Positions 13,309 through 25,216 of a DNA stretch of 64,000 nt are shown in pieces. Location of the stretch: NCBI GenBank assembly GCA_963709405.1, contig CAVPXM010000025.1:1-64000 (forward strand), read 5' to 3'. Under the pieces are notes generated by a model that was not told the origin of the DNA, made no database searches, and worked only from the letters and a program-made list of their open reading frames with translations. Origin of the DNA: an uncultured Nitrososphaerales archaeon. GTDB taxonomy: Archaea; Thermoproteota; Nitrososphaeria; Nitrososphaerales; Nitrososphaeraceae. Position 1 is the stretch's first letter, and each line of letters starts with the position of its first letter. The translations under genes were made by a program, and so were the position numbers.

Positions 13309-13698
13309 ATGAGTTAGCATCATTATACAACGAGAACAGGCAGCAAGCCTCTATTTAATAGGGATAAACCTTTTTTTGGACATAAACGTATTTCATTACA
13401 AAAAGTAATCGCAGATGCTAACAAAACAATTGAGAAATCAACCAAATTTCTAATTAAGGTAAAATCAAGGCAGCTAGCTTGTGATAATAGAGTCAAATCA
13501 ATACCTGAGAATGCAACAATAAGAAAGGAATACATCAAGTGCGGAAGAGAGATGTGTGAACAAAAGCATGGGCCTTACTACTACGCATACTGGAAAGATC
13601 CTGAAAGCAAGATGTTAAAGAAAAAATACATCGGCGACTATCTACCCAAAGATAGAGAATTAAAGAACGATCCCAGCAATAATAAACAAATATTGTAG
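13309..13698 (+). pseudogene. DUF6788-like Cys/His DNA-binding protein with TAG at codon 3
   Basis: ATG AGT TAG, then an open frame containing EYIKCGREMCEQKHGPYYYAYWKDPESKMLKKKYIG. Missed by the ORF track. Confidence 0.7.
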
Positions 13699-13932
13699 AT
13701 GTGTATATTCGGCATAACGACAATAGTCAGAAAATAGTAAAGGCCGTGTTATAGGCTTGTCTATCTACAGTTACACAAGATTTGATAACATCTTCAATAA
13801 TCTTATGTAACTATGATATCTGTGTCTGCAACTTCTTTAGTAAATCTAGGTCACTGTTCATCAGGCCAGGAGCAAAAGGAGCAGGAGAAGACGAAGTAAA
13901 TATCGTTCGGTTCAAATCATACGTTATTAGAT

Positions 13933-14658
13933 AGTAATGTCTGGGGAAACGCTACGATTAACGATCTTAAACAAGATGCAGAAAAGGCTCTGACAGTACT
14001 CTTACAACAACCTGAAGTCAATGCAACTGAAAAGGCAACTTTAATAGGACATAGTGAAGGTACTATAATAACACCCAGAATTGCTGTTGATAACCCAGAT
14101 AAAGTGAAGAATATAGTTCTGATGGCAGCATTTGCTCAGAATTTAAGACCTATTTTGCATTTCCAAATTGTAGATAACCCTCTTCTTTATGCTGTAAGGG
14201 TATTAGATAAAACACATCAAGGAGTGTTCTTATTAAAGGATGCAACGAAGGATCCTATTTTCTTACGCATAGGTGGTAGCGTTCTTAATCAAACTCATCT
14301 ACCTGTTAACAATGATATCATAAGTATTAAGGATAAGCTAAGGCCTGCGGCATTGGCGGCATATGAAAATATTACTTCCCCTTCGGCTTCGATGTTATCA
14401 TCTAAATGTCTAAGTCAGGCTGCGTGTCCTGTAGCGATAAAGTCACACATGAGCTTGGACAATACAGTGGGTATGCTAGGAAATGTGTCTTCAGATATTG
14501 GTATTCTTATATTGGTAGGAGAAAATGATAGTTTGACTCCAGTTGAACAGGGGTTACTATTACAGCAAAGATTAACAGAAGTAAATCACCCTGACCATAT
14601 ACTTATAACATATCCAAATCTTGGACATCTCTTTGCCCCTTCCAATCAATGGGTCTGA
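13933..14658 (+). pseudogene. Alpha/beta hydrolase fragment, paralog of 33060-34160
   Basis: VWGNATINDL..IGHSEG..GENDSLTP..YPNLGHLF; 5' part missing. Confidence 0.85.
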
Positions 14659-14774
14659 ATATTTTGATGGCGAGGATATTCTACTAGAACCAGCCAGGTC
14701 TGTCACCGTTGATGCTAGACTTCTTTCTAAAAAAGTGCGTTAATGTAGGATAAAGAAAAAGATATGTGTCCGGT

Positions 14775-15640
14775 TTAGCTATACGGTAGCGTAGGAGTTA
14801 CACCTTGTAATGCCGATATCACTTTATCCAGACCCATTCCAGAACTGGTCCATACTACCAATGTCTGCTCAGGCCCAGTTCCTTTTTCTCCCCCTCGTGC
14901 ATCTTTGTATGTAAATGTGCTATCAACATGTAATCCTGCATTCGTCAATGCGGCAACATCTTTAGCAAGGTCTTTTGCTGGAACCATATAGGTTCCGACA
15001 GTGTCAGGGTTCGAGTTAGCTTTTGAGGTGGCGGTAGAATTCTGTGTGCTAGTAGACATAGAAGAAGGTTGATTTACAACTGTTATTGTTCCATTCATTT
15101 CAAAATTTGGATCTCTGTTTGTTTACATTCTTCTCAAAATATTCATAAGTGCCAGTCTTATTAAATGTCAATGGTTGTGTAACAGTATTAAATAGAAATG
15201 GCTTACTCGTAAATACATTACTACCCGAATTCTTGTCATTTAATGTTATTGTATGCTTATGGTCTACATCCGCATGAAACCACGTGACAGTCGGTACCAA
15301 CATTAATCACTGCATTTTGAGGCACATATGGTTGATTAATCAAGGGTAATTGATTCTTTGGCTGATTCATTGATTCATGAGCTTCATTTGGTATGAGAAT
15401 CACAAGATTTTTGACATTGTTACCAAGAGTCATGCCACGTATCTGATAAACATCAGATGCTTTAATGTTAGGTTGCTGTGAATTTACTGCTGCAAATACT
15501 ACAGCACCTCCTAGAAAGATCAATGAAAGGAATGTTAGTGTAAATGCTAATGATATGGCGATCTTTACTACAGCCTTTGAATGAAATATTCGTAGATTTT
15601 CCACGGATTGTTTTGAATCATTAACTGATTTGGACATCAT
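14775..15640 (-). pseudogene. Secreted cupredoxin-fold-like protein, two frameshifts
   Basis: Signal/TM segment; YVPQNAVINVGT-VTWFHADVDHKHTI...FNKTGTYEYF...MNGTITV across three consecutive ORFs. Confidence 0.7.
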
Positions 15641-15862
15641 CTTGTTTTAAATTCATGGTATTGTATATTTATCTTTATAGTTGATTATTTTGGATTGCGT
15701 TAAATTAATCGAGATGAGTTAGACTTAGAAATCTGTTGAGGCTATCGAAAACATGAAATGATTTCCATACGTAATTTAGGAATATTCTGTTACGGTAATA
15801 GACGGTAGTATCTCGCATCCCACTAAAATTTATTGAATAGACTCTGTAATACACTATAAGTC

Positions 15863-15922
15863 TTACTCCCCTTAAGGAAGTTAGTTTAATACTATATTAA
15901 GTAACTCTCTTTAGGAGAGTTA
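15863..15922. promoter_or_regulatory. Two palindromic operator-like boxes in a divergent intergenic region
   Basis: TTACTCCCCTTAAGGAAGTTA (15863-15883) and TAACTCTCTTTAGGAGAGTTA (15902-15922; perfect 8-bp arms, 5-bp spacer). Confidence 0.65.
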
Positions 15923-15978
15923 TATTTTATCAAAATTTCTGTCACTAGTTCTATATCTCTTTATTTACTAGTAGAAAG

Positions 15979-16186
15979 ATGTTAACAAAAACTACGTTAA
16001 TTATTGGAATGGGTGTTTTTATTGGCGACCCTTACGCTAATTGCTACTGCACCTATCGTAAGTATTGATGCGTTTGCGGGAGGGGGTCACTAAAAGGACA
16101 ACGGCCATAAGGACAATTCCCATAATGACCACAAACATAAGCACCATCACAAACACCACCACAAGAATCACTATAATCGCCGCTAA
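15979..16186 (+). pseudogene. Small secreted His/Lys-rich peptide
   Basis: MLTKTTLIIGMG..(fs)LLATLTLIATAPIVSIDAFAGGGH*KDNGHKDNSHNDHKHKHHHKHHHKNHYNRR*. Confidence 0.6.
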
Positions 16187-16399
16187 GCAGAATAAGATTG
16201 TAAGAAGATTCAGTCAAAATCAGTAAAATACTCCAGATTTCATTTTTTATTTTAAGATTAATAGATCATTAATGTATTAGAATCTCGTTTACTGGATGGG
16301 AGTATTATCCGATCGACAGCTACCATTGAGGTTGCTAGATCTAGGCAATAATGAAAAAACTTGAGTTGACTATGAAACGTATTATCACTTTAAGACGCA

Positions 16400-16498
16400 C
16401 CAGGGGATTGAGAGGCGGCAGTTGATCAGATGCCGCCTATGCAGAAAGTCAGGACCATCACCGCCAGGTAAAAATCCAGACTTCTTACGTACCCCTGG
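16400..16498. other. GC-rich three-stem structured element (candidate ncRNA)
   Basis: Outer stem CCAGGGG/CCCCTGG, hairpin AGGCGGCA/TGCCGCCT, and second hairpin AAGTCAGGA/TCCAGACTT. Confidence 0.45.
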
Positions 16499-16585
16499 CT
16501 CATATAGATGAATTAAGAATATTCTTCATAGATTCGCTTTTATCTATTGCTCACCTTTTGGATGTAACTTAATTACCGCATTAAG

Positions 16586-16606
16586 AAGCTCTCTTTAGGA
16601 GAGTAA
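16586..16606. promoter_or_regulatory. Third copy of the operator box, upstream of the membrane protein gene
   Basis: AAGCTCTCTTTAGGAGAGTAA shares the 16-bp core CTCTCTTTAGGAGAGT with 15902-15922. Confidence 0.65.
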
Positions 16607-17438
16607 CATTTTACTACATTTTCTTAAACAATATATACTATATTTTTCATATTCAACTCTGTGGCTCTGCAGGACCCAAATATGCTAAACCCATATGTAT
16701 TATTGGACCCACATTTTTCTGCAACAGCATGTCTCATCATTTCTCTTATTTCAGCATTTCTTGCGTTTGTAATATCCTGGTCTTTCTATAGATCTTATAG
16801 ATTTTTTGGCTTCGGACATCTTTTAGGCCTGCCAACGGGATTCACACTTTTGGGTATATCTTTTCTATTTCATTATTTAAGCCTAAATTTTAGATTCAAT
16901 GATTTGTTGTACCCAGAATTATTTTGGATTCAGTTGACACTTCAATCTAATGGATTAGCATTAATTGCTATTTCCTATAGATTCAAAGTTCGTAATTATA
17001 ATATTCCCTCCTTGTTTGGATCACATTTACAGGTTAGTAATAGTACATATGACTTACGTCAATATCTTCCTAGTTTCAGTATTAGAGCAAGAAATGCATT
17101 GACAGACGGGCTTTTTCTGTTATTAATTTTGATACCTTTCATGGTTCCAGCCTTTGATCTGATGCTTAAACCTTATTTTGATTATGCAGGACTTGCTGAT
17201 TTCGCATTTATTATGACTATCTTTAATATGATATTTCTCGCGTACATACTAAAAAATGTCGTTGTCTCATTGAGCGGCAAGTTTAATGCTAAATTCATCT
17301 ACGCTCTAGGTGCATTTGCACTGCTTGGGCTTTAACAGTATTCCTTATTGTTAGCATATTGGGATAATGGTTCATTTTCCTTTATTGTCTCAATACTAGC
17401 TCGCTTGGGAGGACTGTCCTTATTTATGTATTTAGAAC

Positions 17439-17963
17439 CTATCCCAAAAATATCTTTCTACAGATGATCATAAAACAGGAGAACTGTACCAGTCCAAGGT
17501 AGTTCTCTGCCTTCTTTTCATACCGTGTGAACAGTTTTCTGAACCTGTTGTGCCATGAGTTTGTCCTTTCCACAACCCATCTTTTTGCAGAATGTTTTTT
17601 CCGGTTTAAGGAAGGTTGCGTTTCCGTCTTGACCTCCTCCTCTTTTTCACCCCTCTTTCTTTTGGGACTAATGTGCAGTACATATCCCCGCCTGATTAGT
17701 TCCTGTTCTTCTTGTGTGGAATTATATGCTTTGTCAAGACATAGATGTTGTAACCTTCTCCTTCTTCCCTTTCTTCTTGATTTCGGTTTGGATGATGATG
17801 ACGGCTTTTTAATAACTGAATTATCAACCATATCTATTACCAGTTTAATGTCATGGGTACTAGCAGATGAAATGACCGCCGAAAGCGGTATACCTTCTTT
17901 GTCTGTTAAAATGTGTCTTTTTGTGCCCAGTTTGCTCCTGTCCGTGGGATTATTTCCGGTCAT
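17439..17963 (-). CDS. IS5 transposase orfB (DDE)
   Basis: GTKRHILTDKEGIPL, LDKAY and RWVVERTNSW motifs. Confidence 0.92.
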   Translation of the reverse strand: MTGNNPTDRSKLGTKRHILTDKEGIPLSAVISSASTHDIKLVIDMVDNSVIKKPSSSSKPKSRRKGRRRRLQHLCLDKAYNSTQEEQELIRRGYVLHISPKRKRGEKEEEVKTETQPSLNRKKHSAKRWVVERTNSWHNRFRKLFTRYEKKAENYLGLVQFSCFMIICRKIFLG

Positions 17964-18352
17964 CGCCCCCCTAAAGGCGATTTTATGGATATACTATCGA
18001 TTGATTGCCATGTCCAGTTGATACCAATGATTCGATCATATATTTTCAGTAATCGAACCCATGTCTTTTTGAAAACATCCAGTTTATTCCATTCCTGAAA
18101 CCTTCTATGGCATGTGGAACCCGATCCATACTCTTTGGGTAGCATCTTCCATTGGCACCCAGTTCTAAGGATGTATAAAACTCCATCAATTACCTTTCTG
18201 TATGGTACAATTGGCCGACCCACTGTTTTGAGTGGTTTCTCTCTGGGTAAAATTACTTTAATCTCATCCCACAATTCATCTGGAATGGTTATGATGGTGC
18301 GATTATCCTTTTTATCATCCTCTTTCTCATTCTTCTTCTGGATACAGGCCAT
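17960..18352 (-). CDS. IS5 transposase orfA (DUF4096-like)
   Basis: YILRTGCQWKMLPKEYGSGSTCHRRFQEW. Confidence 0.92.
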   Translation of the reverse strand: MACIQKKNEKEDDKKDNRTIITIPDELWDEIKVILPREKPLKTVGRPIVPYRKVIDGVLYILRTGCQWKMLPKEYGSGSTCHRRFQEWNKLDVFKKTWVRLLKIYDRIIGINWTWQSIDSISIKSPLGGR

Positions 18353-18455
18353 ACTTTAGCAAAAGCAACATCGAGCTATAATCGTATCGAATTTTGGGAT
18401 AGGCTCTTAATATATTATGCTAGATCTTCTGCATCAAAAAGGATAACTGCCAAAA

Positions 18456-18728
18456 TTGACACAAGATAAAAGACATAAGCTTCAACTATTTTTTGAAATA
18501 CTTTGTGCTATCGAAGACGATAGGATTAGTAACGGAACAGCAAAACCTACTCGTATACAGCATTTCTCCAGACTATCATATGACAAAATGATGAACCATT
18601 TGGCCGAATTAGAAAGAAAAGGAATGATTCATCGTGATAACGGCCTCATTTTAATAACCAATAAGGGTCATAAATACATTAAACATTATGCCGAATTGAT
18701 AACTCTTATTGAAAGTGTATACCTGTAG
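18456..18728 (+). CDS. Archaeal winged-helix transcriptional regulator
   Basis: KRHKLQLFFEILCAI..KPTRIQHFSRLSY..HLAELERKGMI..ITNKG pattern. Confidence 0.85.
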   Translation: MTQDKRHKLQLFFEILCAIEDDRISNGTAKPTRIQHFSRLSYDKMMNHLAELERKGMIHRDNGLILITNKGHKYIKHYAELITLIESVYL

Positions 18729-19036
18729 GGATACTTGAGTTTAAATGAAACATCTTCTGGATGTAAGAAAAGTAAAAATTTCAAAAAATTTAGATTGAAG
18801 TACCAAGAGTTCAGTTTTCTAATTATATGTATACATTCTCCCACACAAATTTCCCGAGCTTGTCAAGAGCTTGTTTTAATGCCTGATTTGTACTATAGAT
18901 TATGAGTGTATGATCTCCTGTTTTCTGGTCAGGCCAAAACCCTCCAGGACAGTATTTACATGTAGCATAATGAAAATTAAAGGTGAAGGAATGGGAAAAC
19001 TGTTATTATCTACAGTATTTTGAGTAGTATTTATCT

Positions 19037-20207
19037 GAGGCTTGGGCATATTCCAGATCCATATTTTATGTCTATAATGAATTAGGATAAAGCTATCCTT
19101 TGAGTGTCTGAATTTGTGATGAAACATAATCAAACATTCCCAAAGGATAGCATATGATGGTAGTAAATGTGAATCTATTCTTTTTAGTATTCTGTACTTG
19201 ATAGGTTCGATACCGTGGTCAGAATCGCAAAAGGGAAGAAGGGGCAGACCATATGTTTATTCTCCTACTGTAATTCTGAGATGTTTCATAGTTAGGCTAT
19301 GGTTTAGACTGGATTCTAACAATGCATTACATGAATTCCTAGAATTGGATTATCCTTACAATAAGAAGATAATGAAAAGATGTGGTCTTACCCAAATACC
19401 AGACAGGCGAACATTTGACAGACGACTTAAGACCATATCCATAGACATCAAAAAAAGGATTACTATCATGACTTGCATGTTTGTATGCGAAAAGATGATA
19501 AATCCATACATTGTTGCAATAGATAGTACTTTACTGAAAGCCAAAGGACATGTTTGGCACAAATCATCTATGAACAAAGGTATAGTACCACGTTCTGGCA
19601 TAGATACTGACGCAAGATGGGGATTCAGCCATACTAAAGGATGGATATTTGGTTACAAACTACATATGATATCAAGTACTGGTTCAGTCATAGTCCCATT
19701 AGCAGCAGATTTTACAACTGCTAATGTACAAGATAATCAAATGTACAATCCGATGATATCATCATCATCTCTGTCTCCAGAAACATGTTTCATGATAGGC
19801 GATTCTGGGTATGACGACCATAAACTATATGACTTGAGTACTAAAAGAGGATTTGAACTGGTATGTCCAGTACAAAGATATGAACATACCCCTACTGACA
19901 GACTTGAGCTGATACAATTCTATGAATCTGAGTTAGGACAGGCTATTTACTCTTGGAGAAGTAAATCGATAGAACCACTAATAGAACATATTAAATCTGT
20001 TTTTAGAATAGACCCATTACCAGTAAGAGGCTACCAGAAGGCTGCTGGAATAGCACTTCTGTCAGTCCTACTATATCAGATCCTTGTCTACTACAATTAT
20101 AAAACCAGACGTAGTCAACGACCAAAATCAATCAAACACATGTTATGTAGTTAATATGTTACCAAATAATATATGAAAAATATAGAATTCAATTATGTCC
20201 AAGCCTC
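19037..20207 (+). mobile_element. DDE_Tnp_1-type IS (IS982/IS4/IS5-like clan), complete
   Basis: TIRs GAGGCTTGGGCATA / TATGTCCAAGCCTC; perfect 8-bp TSD ATTTATCT. Confidence 0.92.
19198..20154 (+). CDS. DDE transposase
   Basis: AIDST, DARWG..GYKLH, GDSGYD and YSWRSKSIEPL motifs. Confidence 0.92.
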   Translation: MIGSIPWSESQKGRRGRPYVYSPTVILRCFIVRLWFRLDSNNALHEFLELDYPYNKKIMKRCGLTQIPDRRTFDRRLKTISIDIKKRITIMTCMFVCEKMINPYIVAIDSTLLKAKGHVWHKSSMNKGIVPRSGIDTDARWGFSHTKGWIFGYKLHMISSTGSVIVPLAADFTTANVQDNQMYNPMISSSSLSPETCFMIGDSGYDDHKLYDLSTKRGFELVCPVQRYEHTPTDRLELIQFYESELGQAIYSWRSKSIEPLIEHIKSVFRIDPLPVRGYQKAAGIALLSVLLYQILVYYNYKTRRSQRPKSIKHMLCS

Positions 20208-20582
20208 ATTTATCTTGTTTATTGTCGCATAACGTTGTTGTGCAATTGCTATCATATTTGAAGGTGATGAGTTCGTTATCATAAAGGATATTGATGAGAC
20301 AGTCAACAATAATACAATAAACAAAGTTGATATTTTGAACCAGTCCTTTCTCATTTAGATCATATTATTTTTTAGATGTTAAAGTGTTTTGTGGTACAAA
20401 CCTCAAGATATAATGCTAAAATATTGTGAATATCTAACTGATATCTTTCTTTTCTTTGTATAGCTAATCTCATAAACGAATCTAGCTAATAAATATTCAT
20501 ACAATTAATCAATTAATTAATTAAACATTGAGCAGTAGAAGTAAGTTAATATACATACATACTTTTATTAACATGCTCAGGC

Positions 20583-20870
20583 TTGGAATCAGTGTATAGA
20601 GAAATAACTAAAGGCAGAATTATTGCCATTGTTATTGTGGCGACAGTATCCACCAATTTCGCAAGTTACATTAGTCATAACTACATCAAGCCTGATAACC
20701 TTGCATACGCTCATTTCTTTGGTTCAAATAAAACCATTGACAACTATAAAGTAGTTTTTCAACTAATTCCCTCCCATCCTTCTGTTGGTGAAAATTCAAC
20801 TCTCAATTTTAGTGTTCTTGATAAAAATAATGCGAATGTCAATAATGTATTCGCTGCATTGATTATAACT
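20583..20870 (+). pseudogene. N-terminus of a secreted protein, truncated and fused to the dehydrogenase remnant
   Basis: Signal peptide ending AYAHFFG; PSVGENSTLNFSVLD. Confidence 0.5.
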
Positions 20871-21769
20871 ATCGTTACCTTAGGAAGGAATAGCGACAAA
20901 GGACTCAACTGTTTATATGCATTTTACTCAGAGAGATCTACAAAACAAAGTTTCTAATTTGTTCTATAAATACACATGGGATGGTAACAGGCTTATCAAT
21001 CCAATACTAGTCAAGGAAATACATGGAGGCAGTGGACTACACAATGGTGGGGTAATGGTAACCGACGCAAAAGGAACAGTAGTTTACGCAGTTATTGGCG
21101 ATCTAAATAATCGGAAAGGTGTCTTACAAAATCATCCAGACGGTGCGCCTGATGATACCAGCGTTATTTTTCCATTAGAGTCAAAAAATCCTCATCCTCC
21201 TCATGATTACTATGCTATTGGAGTTAGAACAAGTTTCGGACTTGCAATAGATCCAGTTACAGGTTATCTATGGGATACAGAGAACTGGCGGCCAAATTGG
21301 CTATGATGAAATTAACCTAGTGACACCAAAGTTTAACAGTGGCTGGGATGTACTTATGGGACCTGCAAATTCCTCGAAGCTATCTAGCATACCACATTAT
21401 GATGGATATACATATCATGATCCGAAGTTTACCTGGGAAGAACCAATTGGGCTAACTGCTGTATCATTTATTCAATCACCTCTTTTTAAAGAATACCAAA
21501 ACTCAGTATTAGTTGGCGGTTTCCACAATGGAATACTTTACGAATTAAAATTAAACAAAGATCGAACAGGATTCGCATTTGGAGAACCATTTCTTGCTGA
21601 CTTGGTTTTAAATAAAAATGATAAATCTACGATAATTTTTGGAACTGGATTTGGTAGCATTACTGACATCAAGGAAGGTCCAGACGGTTTGATCTATGTT
21701 ATATCTTTCAGTGATGGAACAATTTATAGAATAGTTCCCAAAAATATATCTTCTGGTATAGAGACTTGA
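20870..21769 (+). pseudogene. PQQ-dependent glucose/sorbosone dehydrogenase-like beta-propeller, 5' truncated and frameshifted
   Basis: HNGG, YAIGVRTSFGLAIDPVTGYLWDTEN, FNSGW and TDIKEGPDGLIYV motifs. Confidence 0.85.
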
Positions 21770-22743
21770 GAAGCAGGTTTACTTACTAGCTCATTGCACT
21801 ATCTAGCATTAGCATAATTGATTGCCATAATGCTAATCTGCAACTGACAAATATATCACATCATGCTATAAAGTTGCATTCTTCTCAAATGTTACTGCAT
21901 ATCAAGTGCAGTTCTTGATGTAAATCTGCTATAAGTTTATCACATCTACGATTGATAGCAACCAGTTCTTTCTCTAGTTCTATTTTATAAAAAGCAAATT
22001 AGATCCTTATACCGTATTGAGAAAGAACAGGTTGATATCCATAATGCTTCCTGTCTTATTCATTTTTTTGGCTTTGTCGCAATTTGCTTCTTCCTCACTT
22101 TAAATATAGAACGGAATGGATAAAGCTAAGTGACTTCCATTAACTGAGAAGTTGAAGAAGGGCTTGCATATGTATTAATAGATATTCAAAAAAAGTAATG
22201 ATGTTGACGCAACAACTAATGCGATCATAAATGAGGTTATGAGCTGGTAGCGGTGCCAATCTCTTTTATGATAAAGTCTTCTAATCTAGTCATGCCTTAT
22301 CCTTATCTAGCAAACTATTACGGATTACAATAACTCCCTAATATCGGTGTACATAACCATACCCTCACGGTCGGTATAGGTTAAAAAGAATAGCAATGCT
22401 TGTCTGATTACTCGCAAGTCCTTAACTGACAGTCTGCCGCCGATCTAAACACTGAACACATAATCTCCTTATCGTCCAACACTTCCAGCGCTACCCTCTA
22501 CACCCGGCGATTTTACTACTCCCTCGACCTTTGATACAGTCTTTGTTGTTCTTTGTATTATCATTTTTTACTCACATCCTATCGCAATGAGGAATAATAA
22601 TTAACATTGAAAGAATTAGATTATATCTGGTTGATACGACACTCGAATTACGACAATGATAGTAGACCATACATTAGGAAATAATCAGACTTTGATAACA
22701 GTAGCACGTGACTATCTAAAAAACAGCGGGATACAATAATCAA

Positions 22744-22965
22744 ATGACTAAGAACATAATTATCTTTGTAGTTGCTGCCGTTCTTGGTTTGAGCTTGCTT
22801 GTAGTAGTTGCACATGCTCAAGCTAAATCTAAAGATCAGCAGAAGAATCAAAATCAGACACTTGCAAAGGAAGAAGTACCAAAGGTAGGCGTGTGTGTTG
22901 TAGGCATAAAGTCAGCATGTAACGGGCCAGAATTTGATCACCCACAACAACAACAACAACAATAA
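22744..22965 (+). CDS. Small secreted protein with a CVVG..C motif and poly-Gln tail
   Basis: Signal peptide AHA-Q; GVCVVGIKSACNG. Confidence 0.7.
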   Translation: MTKNIIIFVVAAVLGLSLLVVVAHAQAKSKDQQKNQNQTLAKEEVPKVGVCVVGIKSACNGPEFDHPQQQQQQ

Positions 22966-23074
22966 CAATAACAACAGTTTAGTCACTCTGGAAAGCTAAC
23001 GGGTACGGCCAAAGGTGGGAGGATAGATGTCCATTGGAAGATAGGATACAATAGCACAGAACCCGATGGAAATG

Positions 23075-24030
23075 CTATCGATCTGATTTACTATCCCTCA
23101 GATGATTATTTCCCTTCAACGTCTTTTCTTTTTCGTTCAGTACAAGTCTTACGTATTCCTCTAAATCCTTATTTTCTAATGGTACTTGTATGCCACTATT
23201 TTCTTCCAATATTCTAGCCGATCTTTTCGTTATTCCCTTCACTCTGCTTACTATCTCATTCTCGATCTGAGATCTTCCTATCTTAGAGACAAACTTGAAT
23301 TGCTCCTCCACAGAGCTCTCGATAGTATTCCTCAATTCGGCATTTATGGAAATTCAAATTGAAGAATAGTATATCCCAACAAATAACAAATAAGATGAAA
23401 TGCCTACGAATGTAATCGTGGGGAGGCCGAATGGAGGATAGGGCAGAAGATAAATACCTGCATCTTGATTTGAGATAGAAAGTAACATTATTCCAATCGC
23501 AGAGAGCTTCATATAATCACTGATTTTTTTATCACTCAAGCTCCGCCCGACCATCCAAAATGCAATACCAAACAGGATTCCGCCAACAGGTCTAGTCAAG
23601 ATCGAATTTATAACATTAAATGCGTAGCCCCCAACCGAGCTTAATATATGGTGTTGAATTAATATGCTTGACAGCATCAGCTGTACTACTCCTAAGTAAT
23701 ACACTAGAGGAACAAAAATAACAATGTAGAATTTTATGGCCCCCCATTTCCTCCTTTGACGCCTGATAAGAAAAGTCGAAGCTATCCACAATGAAACAAA
23801 TGACGCGAAGGATAAATTGGCTTGAAACTGGCGGATGTCATAATTACGGACGGAGGTACTGGATATGGCGGCTATTGAAGAATCTATAATGGTAGGCTTG
23901 TCCTGCATTTCTAGTGACATGAACAATGCGATAAACATGGAGTTTATGGTTATGAGGATAGCAGAAGCGGTATATGCCACTATAATATAATCTCGCCACA
24001 ATATAATCTCCAGCCCTGTGATTTTCCTCC
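23075..24030 (-). pseudogene. Thaumarchaeal multi-TM protein with soluble C-terminal tail; in-frame TGA, 5' truncated
   Basis: GGILFGIAFW, PYPPFGL and YYSSI*ISINAELRNTI read through in one frame. Confidence 0.75.
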
Positions 24031-24089
24031 CATATGTCGGTGCAGAAAGAGGTTAATCTACAACCGCGAGCTCCAACATTCCTCAGAGT

Positions 24090-24525
24090 AAGGCTGCCCC
24101 TCATATTGGTGGATGGCGGGGAAAGTGACTATAGTGATCCTACGGTACAACCAAAATCTCCAGACACGCTTGTCAAACAAGTAACGAAATCTAACGTTTT
24201 TTCAAATTCTTTTGACATTACCTTGGACGGCCACCCACTCGCCCTAACTAATGATGAAGTATTCAAAGTTCAATCAAACCTCTTTAATTTTACATTACCA
24301 GCGAAGAATATCTGGGGCGAACCACCTGGGCCTGATAAGGGAATAGGGCAAGGTTGGTATGTATTCCTTAAACCACTCCCTGCGGGAGTACACATTCTAC
24401 ACTACACTACTGGCTATAGAGATTCAAGGAGTGACCCAACGATTCCCCCCGGACAAGGCAACCTCAGCTCCATATATCCAAGACGCGACATATCATCTTA
24501 TAGTGAAGTAAACCCATCAACATAG
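24090..24525 (+). pseudogene. C-terminal part of a secreted protein of the G(W/Y)xVFLKPLPxGxH family
   Basis: FNFTLPAKNIWG..GWYVFLKPLPAGVHILHY. Confidence 0.6.
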
Positions 24526-25216
24526 CAACGATAGTTCATCTTCACAAAATATCTCTGAATCAATTATCTACGTGAAAAGACAAATGCTACGACTTAGCAT
24601 TCGCAGGACTAGGTGAGGGCGGCGGAGCATCAGGCGGTCGCGGTAACCGCGGTGACACTAACACCGGTTTCGACCCATAGTGATCTCTATAGTTACGCTA
24701 TATGACGATAACAAACCCCCATAAACTATGTCCATAGTAAAAGCGAGATTGTTCAGTAATTTTGTCCTAGATATAAGGTGAGTCTTTGGCTCTAGACTCA
24801 TGCAAGTCTATCAGCTTTTCAACCATCTCAAATAATAAAGAAATATCTGATCTGGTAAAGAAATACTAAAACAAACGATGCGATTATTTAAAACTAGAAT
24901 ACTGTGTCACTTTATTCATAACCTATTTGCAGATAAGGATTGAAGATAAGGTTTATAAACTCAAATGAATTAATAATTTTTGTGCAATAGGAAGAAAAAT
25001 TGGATACTTGTTAATTTCCGTTTCATGAGATCATGAAAAAAATGTAGCTATTAGCTTGATATGAAAGTTTATTTGGATTTCTTAATACTATCGTATGATA
25101 TCCTTTCTAACAATTCAACTGTTTCCAGATGTTACACGAATTGGTTTGTAGGAATATCTGTGAGAGAATATATATCAAAAAATACAGGCAGGAAGGTGTT
25201 GTTGGGTTTACCATGA

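Larger units (their letters stand above)
17435..18406 (-). mobile_element. IS5-family element A, complete (972 bp)
   Basis: TIRs GAACCTATCCCAAAA / TTTTGGGATAGGCTC; TTA target duplication; split transposase. Confidence 0.95.
16661..18469 (+). pseudogene. Multi-pass membrane protein with an in-frame TAA, interrupted near its 3' end by IS5
   Basis: ORF 16661-17335 continues in frame (QYSLLLAYWDNG...FMYL). After removing the IS and one TTA it reads IYYARSSASKRITAKIDTR* and overlaps the wHTH start. Confidence 0.75.
18900..20354 (-). pseudogene. Small secreted protein gene interrupted by the IS at 19037-20207
   Basis: MRKDWFKISTLFIVLLLTVSSISF...INKIN|TTQNTVDNN reads through once the IS and one TSD are removed. 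Confidence 0.65.

Noticed and set aside
17527-18021. 164-aa plus-strand ORF, repeated at 58927-59421
   Set aside because: Antisense of the IS5 transposase; duplicated only because the IS is duplicated.
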